This document shows positions 26,997-38,700 of a stretch of 64,000 nt of DNA, in pieces (positions within the stretch are counted from its first letter, which is position 1; the number at the start of each line of letters is the position of its first letter). The stretch lies in IMG/VR virus record IMGVR_UViG_3300027741_000049; one strand, 5' to 3'. The notes beneath the pieces are model-generated. The model worked only from the letters and a program-made list of their open reading frames with translations, was not told the origin of the DNA and did not search any database. The position numbers were made by a program, and so were the translations under genes. The DNA is from an uncultured virus (IMG/VR IMGVR_UViG_3300027741_000049). Its lineage: Duplodnaviria; Heunggongvirae; Uroviricota; Caudoviricetes.

Positions 26997-27021
26997 CTTA
27001 ATGGTTAATATTTAGTATAAT
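26993..27021 (+). promoter_or_regulatory. sigma70-type promoter
   Basis: TTGACT-17 nt-TATAAT. Confidence 0.75.
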
Positions 27022-27026
27022 ATTAA

Positions 27027-27317
27027 ATGAAAAATATTTTAATAAAACCAACACTAGACTGGATATACAATGATTTTAAATCCAATCGTTTTAGGTTTAT
27101 TATGGAGCTTATTGCTTGGGTTCTTAGTATTGGGTGTGCTGTTGTCATGGCTGGAACAGTACCAAACCCTCCACTTATGGCTCTTTATCCCACTTGGATT
27201 ACTGGTTGTGCTATTTATGCCTGGTGTGCTTGGTCTCGCCGTTCATTTGGTATGCTTGCTAACTACCTCTTGCTTGTCTCCATTGATACACTAGGACTTA
27301 TAAGACTATTAACATGA
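27027..27317 (+). CDS. small 3-TM membrane protein
   Basis: Three hydrophobic helices. Confidence 0.7.
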   Translation: MKNILIKPTLDWIYNDFKSNRFRFIMELIAWVLSIGCAVVMAGTVPNPPLMALYPTWITGCAIYAWCAWSRRSFGMLANYLLLVSIDTLGLIRLLT

Positions 27318-28159
27318 GTAAAACATTTCAACAAGTTTCAGAACAAGAAAATTGCTTAATGGTAGTAGATGCACTAAATCTAGCATTTCGTTGGAAACAT
27401 AGTGGTGCTACAAATTTTGCAGAAGACTACAAACGCACAATAGAAAGCCTAAAGAAAAGCTATAAAGCTCGTTGGGTTATTATTGCGGCAGATCAAGGTT
27501 CTAGCAGTTATCGCAAAGAAATTTATCCTGAATACAAACAAAATCGTAAAGATAAATTTGCTGAACAAACCGATGTTGAACGCGCAGCTTTTGAAATGTT
27601 TTTTGAAGACTATCAAGCTAGTTTAGATCATATTCGTGAAAGTACTAGTTATCCAGTTATACAGTTTAAACAAACTGAAGCAGACGATATTGCTGCATAT
27701 ATTACTAGTGTTTGTCATACTTGTCCTATTGATCATGTATGGATGATTTCTAGTGATAAAGACTGGGATCTATTAGTTAGTGATAAAGTAAGCAGATTTA
27801 GTTATGTAACACGTAAAGAAATAACTGCTAATAACTGGCACACACACTACGACTTTCCGCATGAACACTATATTTCAATAAAGTGCTTAATGGGAGATAG
27901 TGGTGATAATGTACAGGGCGTAGAAGGCATAGGCCCAAAACGCGCACAACAATTAGTTAGCGAGTATGGCACTGCATTAGATATAGTAGCAGAGCTACCT
28001 ATTCAAAGTAAATTAAAATATATTAAATCACTAAATCAAGCTAGTGATAAAATTTTACTTAATTATCAGCTTATGGATTTAGTAACTTTTTGCAGAGATG
28101 CGCTAGGTGAAAACACCAAGCAAATAGATGAAATTTTAAAAGAATATTGCAAGGATTAA
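27314..28159 (+). CDS. 5'-3' flap endonuclease (T5 D15-like)
   Basis: VDALNLAFR, YK.NR, EADD, SSDKDWD, GDSGDNV.GVEGIGPKRA. Confidence 0.93.
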   Translation: MSKTFQQVSEQENCLMVVDALNLAFRWKHSGATNFAEDYKRTIESLKKSYKARWVIIAADQGSSSYRKEIYPEYKQNRKDKFAEQTDVERAAFEMFFEDYQASLDHIRESTSYPVIQFKQTEADDIAAYITSVCHTCPIDHVWMISSDKDWDLLVSDKVSRFSYVTRKEITANNWHTHYDFPHEHYISIKCLMGDSGDNVQGVEGIGPKRAQQLVSEYGTALDIVAELPIQSKLKYIKSLNQASDKILLNYQLMDLVTFCRDALGENTKQIDEILKEYCKD

Positions 28160-28160
28160 T

Positions 28161-30122
28161 ATGGTTAGCACAAGAGCACAAGTAATTACCCGTCGCACTT
28201 ATAATAGACCTACTAGTGACGATGGAAAACAGTTTGAAACATGGGAAGAAACAGTTGCTCGTGTAATTGATCATCAAGCATGGCTATGGGAACGCGCAGT
28301 TAGTCGTGAATTAAATGATCAAGAGTATGCAGAACTTTATGACTTAGAACAGCTAATGCTAGATCGCAAAGTATTAATGAGCGGTCGCACACTTTGGCTT
28401 GGTGGAACTAAAGTAGCTAAAACACGAGAAGCAAGTCAATTTAATTGCAGTTTTACTCATGTAGAAACTGTATACGATGTAGTTGATGTGCTATGGTTGT
28501 TGCTACAAGGTTGTGGCGTAGGATTTAAACCTATTGTAGGTACTCTTAATGGATTTTCAAATCCAATTAAAAATATCAAAACAATTCGTAGTCAGCGCAC
28601 TGAAAAAGGCGGCAATGAGTACAATACAGAAACTTGGGATGCAACAACTAAAACTTGGACGTTACAGATTGGTGACAGTGCAGAAGCTTGGGCTAAAAGT
28701 ATTGGCAAACTATTAGCAGGTAAATATCCAGCAGAAACACTAGTTTTAGATTTTTCGCAATTACGTCCAGCAGGAGAGAGGTTAAAAGGTTATGGTTGGA
28801 TTTCTTCAGGCGATACTGCAATTAGTGCTGCATATACTGCTATTGCCAATATCCTTAATGGTCGTGCTGATAGTTTACTTACTAGGATGGATATTCTGGA
28901 CATTATTAATCACTTGGGGACTATTCTTAGTAGTCGCCGAAGTGCTGAAATCGCTCTTTTTGACTATGGTCAACCTGAATGGGAAGAATTTGCAGTAGCT
29001 AAAAAAGACTGGTGGTTACACAACAATGAACACAGAACCCAAAGTAATAATAGCCTAGTTTTTAAAGAAAAACCACTACGCGAAGATCTAGAAAAGATTT
29101 TTCATCTTATGCAAGAAGCAGGTGGTAGTGAGCCAGGTTTTATTAATGAAGTAGAAGCACTACGTCGTGCACCTTGGTTTAAAGGCGCTAATCCTTGTGT
29201 AGAAATTTTGTTGGGCAACAAGAGCTTTTGTAACTTAACAGAAACTGATATTGCTAAGTTTCGTGGCGACAATGCCGGACTACACGCCGCTATTAGACTA
29301 GCAGCTCGTGCTAATTATCGTCAAACTTGTGTTGACTTACAAGACGGAATTTTACAAGAATCTTGGCATTTAAACAACTACTTTTTACGTCTTTGTGGAG
29401 TAGGTTTAACAGGTATTGCAATGCGTCCAGATATGGGCAGTTATGACTATGAGTATTTAAAGCGCACAGCAACCAGTGCTGCAGTAGGCATGGCTCAAGA
29501 ACTAGGATTGCCAGTTCCTAAAAATGTAACTTGTGTTAAACCGTCAGGTACACTAAGCAAGATTATGGATACTACTGAAGGCGTGCATAAGCCACTAGGT
29601 AAGTACATTTTCAACAATGTGCAGTTTTCAAAACACGATCCGGTTGTAGAAAAACTACGCGAAGCTAATTACACAGTAATTAATCATCCAGTTGATGATA
29701 GCGGCGTATTGGTAACTTTTCCAGTTTGTTGGGACGGCGTAGTGTTTGATAAAGTTGATGGCAAAGAAGTTAACTTAGAAAGTGCTGTTACACAACTAGA
29801 ACGCTATAAGTTGCTGCAAACTAGTTGGAATCAACAAAATACGTCAGTAACTATTAGTTATGATCCTACAGAAATTCCAGCAATTATTAATTGGTTGTTA
29901 GACAACTGGGACTGTTATGTAGGCGTAAGTTTTATTTACAGAACTGATCCTAGTAAAACTGCTAAAGACTTAGGTTACTTATACCTTCCACAAGAAGTAG
30001 TAGATGAACAAACCTATAAAAACTATGTACAAATTTTACGTTCAATTGATTTAAATACTGCAAATAGTTTTGATGAAATTACAGATCAAGACTGCAGTAC
30101 TGGTGCTTGTCCAATAAGGTGA
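28161..30122 (+). CDS. nrdJ: class II (AdoCbl-dependent) ribonucleotide reductase
   Basis: RTY.R, SGRTLW.GGT, FNCSF, RRSAEI, ANPCVEI, FCNL, TCVKPSGT, C-terminal C..GACP; no adjacent beta subunit. Confidence 0.88.
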   Translation: MVSTRAQVITRRTYNRPTSDDGKQFETWEETVARVIDHQAWLWERAVSRELNDQEYAELYDLEQLMLDRKVLMSGRTLWLGGTKVAKTREASQFNCSFTHVETVYDVVDVLWLLLQGCGVGFKPIVGTLNGFSNPIKNIKTIRSQRTEKGGNEYNTETWDATTKTWTLQIGDSAEAWAKSIGKLLAGKYPAETLVLDFSQLRPAGERLKGYGWISSGDTAISAAYTAIANILNGRADSLLTRMDILDIINHLGTILSSRRSAEIALFDYGQPEWEEFAVAKKDWWLHNNEHRTQSNNSLVFKEKPLREDLEKIFHLMQEAGGSEPGFINEVEALRRAPWFKGANPCVEILLGNKSFCNLTETDIAKFRGDNAGLHAAIRLAARANYRQTCVDLQDGILQESWHLNNYFLRLCGVGLTGIAMRPDMGSYDYEYLKRTATSAAVGMAQELGLPVPKNVTCVKPSGTLSKIMDTTEGVHKPLGKYIFNNVQFSKHDPVVEKLREANYTVINHPVDDSGVLVTFPVCWDGVVFDKVDGKEVNLESAVTQLERYKLLQTSWNQQNTSVTISYDPTEIPAIINWLLDNWDCYVGVSFIYRTDPSKTAKDLGYLYLPQEVVDEQTYKNYVQILRSIDLNTANSFDEITDQDCSTGACPIR

Positions 30123-30125
30123 TAT

Positions 30126-30380
30126 ATGGTAAGAAATAAAAAATCAAAACAAAAAGAATCTGAAAAAGAAATTGTAGTACCCGATAACTTTGAGTTTACA
30201 TTTAAACTTATGGAAGAAGAAGTTAATGTAATTTTAGTTGCACTACAAGAACTTCCAGGTAAAATCTGCAATCCACTAACTGAAAATTTGCGTAAACAAG
30301 CTATTGAACAGTTAGAAGGCAAAACAATACATCATGAAATTGTTGAGGGTATTGACGTAGAAGAACAAATGGGTGCTTAA
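30126..30380 (+). CDS. hypothetical protein
   Basis: 84 aa ORF, AAGGTG SD; VN.IL.ALQELP motif. Confidence 0.65.
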   Translation: MVRNKKSKQKESEKEIVVPDNFEFTFKLMEEEVNVILVALQELPGKICNPLTENLRKQAIEQLEGKTIHHEIVEGIDVEEQMGA

Positions 30381-30381
30381 T

Positions 30382-30419
30382 AAAAAAGCCTCTAAGCTAA
30401 CAGCTTAGAGGCTTTTTTT
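30382..30419. terminator. bidirectional intrinsic terminator between convergent arms
   Basis: AAAAAAGCCTCTAAGCT-AAC-AGCTTAGAGGCTTTTTT perfect inverted repeat. Confidence 0.9.
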
Positions 30420-31125
30420 AATTGTTGTAGGCTAAAATAACTTGTTTACACATTGGGCTGCGAACAATATCATCGTCTTCAAATCTAACTAGTTCAACGC
30501 CAGGTAGTCTGCTTAGTCTACTAACTGCATCTTCTAGGCCACTGTCTATAATATCACACTGCTTAGGATCACCACTTAAGATAACTTTGCAATTTTTTCC
30601 TATACGGCTTAGCAACATTTTTAGTTCAGTTTTAGTTAAATTTTGTGCTTCGTCTACTAAGATTACTGCGTCGTCAAAACTCATGCCGCGCATAAATCCA
30701 ATAGGTTTAGGGTCTATATCTTTGTTTTTTAGTGCATATTGATAAAATCCAATACCTAAAGTTTTAGTAAATACTGAATCAAAAGGTTGTAAGTAAGGAG
30801 CATATTTGTCTTCTAATTTGCCTGGTAAAAATCCCATACCACGACCAGTTTCTACGTTTGGTCTGGTAAGTATAATTTTTGTAATTTTTTTGTAAAACAA
30901 TTGTGCTGCTGCATAGCTGGCAGCTACATAAGTTTTACCTGTGCCAGCACTGCCAATACCAAAAATAATATCATTGCGTTTAATAGCATTTAAATATATA
31001 CTTTGAATTTCATTTAGCGGTTTTACTTCTTTAAAGACATATTTTTTGCTCTCGTGCACTGGTTCTGAAGCTTTTGTTTCTAGCAGTGCTACTTTGCGAG
31101 CTTGTTTACCGGATTGATTAGCCAT
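30418..31125 (-). CDS. phoH: PhoH-like ATPase
   Basis: GSAGTGKT, LTRP.VE...GFLPG, FMRG, DEAQN, SGD..Q.D, DIVRS. Confidence 0.93.
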   Translation of the reverse strand: MANQSGKQARKVALLETKASEPVHESKKYVFKEVKPLNEIQSIYLNAIKRNDIIFGIGSAGTGKTYVAASYAAAQLFYKKITKIILTRPNVETGRGMGFLPGKLEDKYAPYLQPFDSVFTKTLGIGFYQYALKNKDIDPKPIGFMRGMSFDDAVILVDEAQNLTKTELKMLLSRIGKNCKVILSGDPKQCDIIDSGLEDAVSRLSRLPGVELVRFEDDDIVRSPMCKQVILAYNN

Positions 31126-31144
31126 ATAGACCTTTCTAACGTAA

Positions 31145-31720
31145 TTATTTAACTAACTGACTATACTTTAGATTTCTAGTAATGATTACATCCTCTACAT
31201 GATGACGATTAATATCACAAGCACTACGATTACCGTAAAGTGCTACTTTAGATTTTAAACAAAGTTTTTCTACATTATCAAACCAACGATTAGGATCACA
31301 CCAGCTAGTTAATTTACAAGCACGTCTTTCATGATTTACACCACCTACGCCGCCATTATAAGCAGCATCAGCAAATGCATAAGCTTCACGTTTGTCTAAA
31401 ACATATTTATCAAATTGCTGATAGTTATCGCGCATCATTAGTGTTAATGCACGAATTTGTAAATCTGGTCTGTCGTATACTGTTTGCCAATTAAGATCAT
31501 ATAATTCTTTAGGGTACTTATGTTTTAGGTCTGAAAGAGCATCAAATCTAATAGTACCATCTGGTTTAAAAGCCCTGGTAATTTGTCCAAGTCCTGCACC
31601 CTCTTCTCTAGCACTTTTAAGCCTAGACTTAGGATTCCAACATCGTGAATGTTTTAACGAAATACAGGATTCGTGCTCTATTAAACTAGCAAGGTAGCTG
31701 GCTTTGGGTGTTGAGCCCAA
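31145..31720 (-). CDS. SLT-like lytic transglycosylase (endolysin) catalytic part, probably the -1 frame continuation of 31681..32100
   Basis: LIEHES (catalytic Glu), GAGLGQ, AYNGG, NR.HV; only a weak TTG start. Confidence 0.8.
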   Translation of the reverse strand: MGSTPKASYLASLIEHESCISLKHSRCWNPKSRLKSAREEGAGLGQITRAFKPDGTIRFDALSDLKHKYPKELYDLNWQTVYDRPDLQIRALTLMMRDNYQQFDKYVLDKREAYAFADAAYNGGVGGVNHERRACKLTSWCDPNRWFDNVEKLCLKSKVALYGNRSACDINRHHVEDVIITRNLKYSQLVK

Positions 31721-32100
31721 ACCTTATCTTTTTCCTGTTGCAGTGTAGGTAAATGCTGATGCGCTTGTTCAGGAATATAGGTGGCTACTGGTTGCGCGTA
31801 TACTTGCGAGCCAAATAGTCCAAGTAAGCCATAGATAATTAAACAAAGACCTAAAAACGCTAAGCCTGCGCCAGTGGCAGTTTCACGTGCTTTTTTCATT
31901 AAAGCTTCCATATCTGCATAGTCAAATAGTGCGCGACGTGCAAGATGTGCAAACCACACAGCTACAATAGGAGTGGCTAGTTTAGCTAAAAATGGAACGG
32001 TTAAGTTACCGCCATTAGGGTCACTAAGGTACAAGTAAATCATTACAATAAGTGTACCACCAATCATAAAAATATTGCGAAAACGTAAATGTTGTTTCAT
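31681..32100 (-). CDS. 3-TM membrane (holin-like) region plus N-terminal lysin segment
   Basis: Three hydrophobic helices, V-Y-A|Q signal-like site, then IPEQA..HLP.L..E...VW; overlaps spanin stop (ATGA). Confidence 0.65.
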   Translation of the reverse strand: MKQHLRFRNIFMIGGTLIVMIYLYLSDPNGGNLTVPFLAKLATPIVAVWFAHLARRALFDYADMEALMKKARETATGAGLAFLGLCLIIYGLLGLFGSQVYAQPVATYIPEQAHQHLPTLQQEKDKVWAQHPKPATLLV

Positions 32101-32387
32101 GGGTTATCCAGGTTAGACAGCTTGCGAATAGTTTCAATACTGTCTAGTTGTTTAAGTGCACATTGACCATAAAGGCCAATAACGGTTAAATAGTGATCTG
32201 CAACTTGTTCATAAGTATTGCCAACTAGTGCTGGTAATGGTTCGCAAGCTTGCAGCAGTTTAAGGTCTACTACTACTCTGTTGTTAGTGACTATAGGCGG
32301 TGGAATTTCTTGAATTTTTTTATTAAAAATTCCACAGCCGTTTAACAGTGTAAGTAATAAACCAAAGGTTATTACTAGTTTTTTCAT
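32097..32387 (-). CDS. o-spanin-like lipoprotein
   Basis: Signal peptide with lipobox LLNGC; LL..C..LP...Y..C pattern. Confidence 0.7.
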   Translation of the reverse strand: MKKLVITFGLLLTLLNGCGIFNKKIQEIPPPIVTNNRVVVDLKLLQACEPLPALVGNTYEQVADHYLTVIGLYGQCALKQLDSIETIRKLSNLDNP

Positions 32388-32746
32388 TTTTGATTGGCTC
32401 TAGAAATTGCTTCGTTAATACTATCTAAAAAAATTACTGCTGGTACACACTTGCCATTTTCAATTATAGTAATAGGCTGCGTGTTAAGCTTAGACTTAAT
32501 TTCACGAATAGTTTTATTTAGTTGTTGCTTTTTAGTTTCACTTTGTTTGGCTGTTTGTTCTAGCGCATTTTCTAGTGTTTGAATTTTTTCTGCTACTTGT
32601 TGTTCGTATTTTTGTCGTTGTTGTTCGCACTCTAGTTTAGCTTGTTCAACACCACGATTGTATACAGTTTTATAGCCAAAATAACCTAAAATTAAAACTA
32701 TGGCTAAAATTAAAGCAGATATAATTACTTTTACGTCATTAATCAT
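32384..32746 (-). CDS. i-spanin-like protein
   Basis: N-terminal TM, coiled coil, C-terminal Cys; upstream of the lipoprotein. Confidence 0.7.
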   Translation of the reverse strand: MINDVKVIISALILAIVLILGYFGYKTVYNRGVEQAKLECEQQRQKYEQQVAEKIQTLENALEQTAKQSETKKQQLNKTIREIKSKLNTQPITIIENGKCVPAVIFLDSINEAISRANQK

Positions 32747-32757
32747 ATTAGTATATC

Positions 32758-35700
32758 CTATTCAAATAAAATTAAAAAATTACCAGCAGAAGCTACAGGA
32801 TCTCTTATTGTAATATTGATTGAACTATTTGCAGGACTGCCCAATGTTAGAACAAATATTTCTGTGCCTTCTATAGCAGCATCTACAACAATGTTAAAAG
32901 TTTGCTGTGCAGTACCACCAACAACAGTAAAATTACCAGTTAAACTAGCGGGTGTAAAATCTCCAGTAGTTATTGTACCACTAGTACCACTACTAATAGT
33001 ATAAGGTACTAGAGTATTATCAAATACATTAGTAGTTGTTAGTGTAATAGTAAAACTTTCACCTTCTGAAACAGTAGTTTTATCAGTTGCTAAACTCCAT
33101 GTACGAGTTTTATAGTAATCTGCAATAGGTACATCTATAAGTGTACCTATTGTATCCAACGTAAGCCTAAGATTTTCACTACTTTCAGTAAAATAATCAG
33201 CAAGCGTAGTAACAGTTATTGTACTAGTATTATTTTGTATAGTAAAATTACCTGTAAAACTACTACTACCACCAATACTAAAATCACTAGCAGTTATACC
33301 TGTGCCACTAATAGTATAAGGTATAACAGTTCCATTTGCTACATCTGTAGTAGTTAGCGTAATTGTAAAATTACCGCCTTCGGTTACACTAGTAGGATTT
33401 GCACTTAACGCATAAGTAGGATGCAGTAAATTTAAAATATTAAAAGTAATACTAGTATTAGTACCGCCATAAGTAGAAGCTGTTGTTAAAGTTACAGTTT
33501 CTGTACCTTCACTAACATAATCCCAAACAGTATTAAAAGTTAAAGTACTAGTTGCACTTAATATATTACTTACTACAGTTGTTGCACCTAAAGTAAAGTA
33601 TCCACTAGTACTAGATAATGTATAATCAGTACCATTAGTTGCTGTACCACTAAGAGTATAAGGTATTTGATAATTAGCAGGTATGCTAGTAGCAGTTAGT
33701 GTAATAGTAACAGAATTTCCCTCAGTTATATCACCAGCAGGACTTCTACTTAAACTATAAGTAGGAATTCTACTAGTATCCCTAATAGCTCCACTAATAC
33801 TAGCTAATTGATTATTTAAACTTAATGTAAAAGTTTCATAAACACTGGAAACAGTTTCATTTGTAAAATCAGCTACTGCAGTAAATATAAAACTACCAGA
33901 ATTTGAAATAATAGTAAAAGTACCACTAGTACCGGCAGTACCATTAATAAGAATGTCACTAGTAGCTATACCTGTACCACTAATAGTAAAAGGTATTTGA
34001 GTATTATCATTTAAATTAGTTGTTGTTAAAGTATAGGTGGCAATACTACCTTCGTCTATATTAGAAGTAACAGGAGATCTAGTTAAAGTAAATGTAGGCA
34101 GTAGCCCACTTTGCCAACCATTATAGCTACCAGCAACTGTGCTAGTGGTGCCATAGTACCAGCCTTGTCCACCACTAACATTAAAATTATTAATATTAAG
34201 TTGATCAGCGTAAACTCTACTGTATGGATTTTGTGCAAGAATAAGCGAAAAATTTGTGCTACTATAAGTGGCATTAACTCCACTTAGCCTAATGCCACTT
34301 ATTAAATTAAATGTTTTTACACCTATACCATAATAACTATTTATTTGTAAAGCACCTACACTATAGCCAAAATTTATTGAATTAAAATTAACTGGATAGG
34401 TATCTGAACCAACACTTTGTAAACCTTCTAATTCAAGATATAAAAATCCACTACTACTTGCATTAGTATACTGTAAATTATTGGTTATATTACCACCATA
34501 ATAACTGCTAAATTTACTAAATCTGCAATATTGATTGCCTGCAAGACTACCATTTAAACCTGAAAAAATTAAATTGCTGCTAGTACTTCCAATTAAATTT
34601 CCTGAGTTAGTAGTGTTTGTAGCCCCATTACTACCAAATTGTAAACCAGAAGTAGTACTACTATTTGCACCACGAATTTCTAACGTTTTATTAGTAATAT
34701 TTAGTGAAGAATTTTGTGTTGCAGTAATTGCATCTAAGCATATTATACTATTGCCGCTAGTATCAGCACTCATATTAAAAATAATACCATTACTAATATT
34801 AATTCTATTAAATTGAAAACTATTACTTCCACTTAAAGAAAGTTTAGTTGGCACTGTTGTATTAATTACAGGATAAATAGCAGTAGTATCACTATTAAAT
34901 ACAGTAGTATCACTGCCAGCTATTACGGTTGCAGTTGACAATGCAAATATGGGTCCTTGTACACTACCTGTAGATGTGCTTATTGGTTGTAAATATCTAG
35001 TTACTAAGGTAAAAGGTGTGCCGCTTCCAGTATTGGTACCTACTTGTGAAATTTCATATTGATCATATTCATTATAGTTATTAATATTTCCAGTAATATT
35101 AGTACTACTATTTGAAATATTCCAACTTGCATTAATTGAAGTACTTTCTTGAGTGCCACCACCACTAATTTCTACAGTTACTAGGGTACCACTAGTACTA
35201 GCGGAAACAACAATAGTACCACTAGTAGTACTACCAATATTAACTGGTCCTGGGGCATAACTTGAACTTAAAGCACCATAAGATGCTCCAGTATTATTAT
35301 TTCTAATGCTTGCAAAAACATAACAGTTAGAAGTACGTACAGCACTATTAGTACCAATAGTAAAATTAAAATTACAAGTATTATAAACTACGTATTCAAA
35401 CGTTCCAGTAACACTAATACCAGGGTTTTGTACACTACCGCCATTGGCGTTAAAAAATGCACCAGTCATACTACTGCTGCCAGAAGTAGTGCCTGCAACA
35501 TATGCTTGTTGAGTAATAGTTGCTTTATTACCACTATTAGTAAATGATTTATACGTACCACTACCAAATATAAAAGGACTAGCTAAATAAAAACTTCCAG
35601 TAACAGTAACTATTTGACCTACTTGTAACGTTAAACCGGTTACACTACTAGCTAAAAATTGACCACTAGTGCCAGTAATTTGACTTACTGTAATATTGCC

Positions 35701-38700
35701 GCTGCTTTGTCTGTTGCCACCGTCTATTAAATTAATAGTTGCACTAGATGCAATGCTTTGTGAACCAGTATAAGAAAAATTAGGACCGCCTATATTAAGT
35801 ATACTATTAGCAGGTATACTGTAGTTATTAAGATATAAACTACCTACATTAAAACTACTAGTAGGAGATATAGTATAACTATTAGTATAGTTTCTAAAAT
35901 CAAAACTAGGTTGCAATGTAGTTTTAGTAGTAGTAGTACCATGATTAACTACACCACCTAAAACATTAATTACAGCCTGCCAACTGCTACTTAGTAAGTC
36001 AGTTTTTGGAAAATCCCATACAGTACCAGTTGTAGCTTTTAAATATATACAAGTACTAATTCTACCATCATTTACTATTGATTTAGTATTAGTTGTATCA
36101 GTAGTACTGTATTTTGTGTTTACATTTAATGGATATCCCTTAAAATTTAAACTTCCACGTTGATGTACAAAATTATTGCAAGTTAAATTATTACTGGAAA
36201 TATAAACAATACCTTGAAATGTTGATGGCAAGGTAATTGTAGGAATTGTAATACTGCCTAAAGGTGACATCCATATTATATCCAAGAAATCCATTTGAGT
36301 AGACATACTATGAACACTTGAAGTTTCTGTTGAAGATATATTTAAACTTAAGTATTGCCAACCAGGTTTATTAGCTACAGTTTCTCCGTCAAAATTAAAC
36401 CATGCTAGTGCATTACCTGATAAATATAAATCTCCATAAAGATTAACAGTAACTGCAGATGTATTTGTAGGGTATCCGCTACCAGCACCAGTTTGATCCC
36501 AGTTCATATTAGTAAAAGTTTTAACGTAAAATGGACTTGGTAATGTGCAAGCATTAAGTATTGCAATACCTATAGCACAAGCAGTGTTTGCAGGAGCTAC
36601 ACTACCAGTATTTATAGATCCTGTACTATTGTGTATAAAACCTGAAAGTTTACCACAATTACCAGTTAGTCCTTGATAGCTTAAATTTATAGTGCCAGTA
36701 TTGCGCGTAATAATATAAGCCGGAGAGGTATCACTACCATTATTAAAATTAATTATTCTGTTGCTAGTAGTATTGCTAATAAATGACCAAGTACTTATTG
36801 ATGGTTCAGTGGCAGTACCGTAATATGGTGATACGGTTAAATTAAGAGTTCCTGCAGAATGTGTAATAGTACCAGTTGTTGGTGTACTACTAATATTAAC
36901 AAAATAATAAAAATTAAAAATAGCAGTAGCATTATTAAGTGTTACATCTTTACCTGTAACATTATTAATATTATATGTAGAGCCAGCAGCACTAAGCGTT
37001 AGTATACCTGGTACTAATACGCCACTATAATCAACAGGATAATCTCCTCCTACATGATATGTAACATTAGCACCAGTAAGATTAATATTAGTTGCATTTA
37101 GTTGTTGTATATCAACTACGAGTCCCGTAGCAGTTGCACTATGAGTTACTGTTGGTATTGGGTATGCACTATTACCAATATAATTAATTATTTGAGCGCT
37201 ATAAAGATCTATAGGAGCAAATGTAAAATTAAAAGTAAAACCACTAATATTACCATTAGGATTATTAACTAAAAGATTACCTGAAATATTAATTGTAGTA
37301 GCTGTAGTTTGAATAGCTCCATCTGTAACAGTAAAGTTTTGTGTATACCAATTACTCCAAGTACAATTAACTGTAGTGCGAAACTCAGTATTAAATCTTA
37401 CAACTGGTAAGGTTGAGGTCCAAACAAAATTACTATAAGTTCTTGCAGTACTACCCCCAGCTAATATAAAATAACCTGCAGAATTACTTCCAGCACTAGT
37501 AGTATCATAATTATAGCCAGCAAATGTCATGCTACTGGTTAGGGTACAATTACCAGTAACTACTATTCCATCAGTATTACTACTCCAAGCTATAGTTTTT
37601 GTTACAGCAGTAGCACCTGCTGTAAATGTTCCAACTATAACCTTACAATTATTTAGTTCTATATATCCTGCAGTAAATGTAAGTGTACCAGTAACCCAAT
37701 TTGTTTCTGCACCATTTGTCGGAAAATTAAGATAAATCCGCTTAATAGTGCCATTAGTTGTATAGTTAATATTAAGATTAGTGCAAGTACCTCCATACCA
37801 AGTACATACACTAGTAGCTGAACCAGTTTGAGCAGGTTGAAAATTAATAGTATCACATAAACAATCATTAATAATTACATCACTACTAACAGTAGTACCA
37901 CTACCAGCTATAGTAAGTGTTGTTGCCGTAATATAGTCAAAACTAACGTAACTAGATGCACCAGATACAGTAACAGTGGCTAATTTTTGCGAAAAATTAT
38001 GTGTATAAGGTGCACCACTACCAGTACCAGTATAAGTATAATTTATACTTAAACCAGTAAAAGCTCCAGGAGTATCACCTAGCCTATATATAGAATTACC
38101 ACGATAGTATCCATCAATAGTTATGGTACTTGCACTAGTTACCCCTGCATTGTCTTCTACTGCAATACTATCAACTGTACCTGATATTATACAGTTGCTA
38201 TGCCTAAGTTGAATTTTAAGAGCTTGAATAGAACTCATTGTACCAAAGGCATGCGTTCCAGTGCCTGCAACTACTAGCGCACCATTACAAAAACCACTTG
38301 TAAAACCAGTATTAGTAAAAGTACAACTACCTGTTGCAGCAGCACCAGATATTTGACTTCTAGTAATAAGATAACTAGTTGTAGTATTACTGCCTATATT
38401 AAAAGTTCGTGCAAAACCTGAAGTAGATACAAGTGCAGTACAATAAACTGAGCTGTTAGTTTTTTGTCCAATACTAAACTCATGTGTATTATGAGTAATA
38501 GTGCCAGGTAAATCTACATCTTCAAAATATATATAACTCCAATTTGTTGAACTTGAAGTTGCTGCACCTATAGTAGTAGTTACACTAGTAACTCCTGCAT
38601 ACGGACGTGCATAACTAACATTAATATAAGACTCCTTACCATAGGTCCAACTACTAGTTGTGCCATTAGGATTTGCTAAAGGTGTTATACTTAGTGCAGT

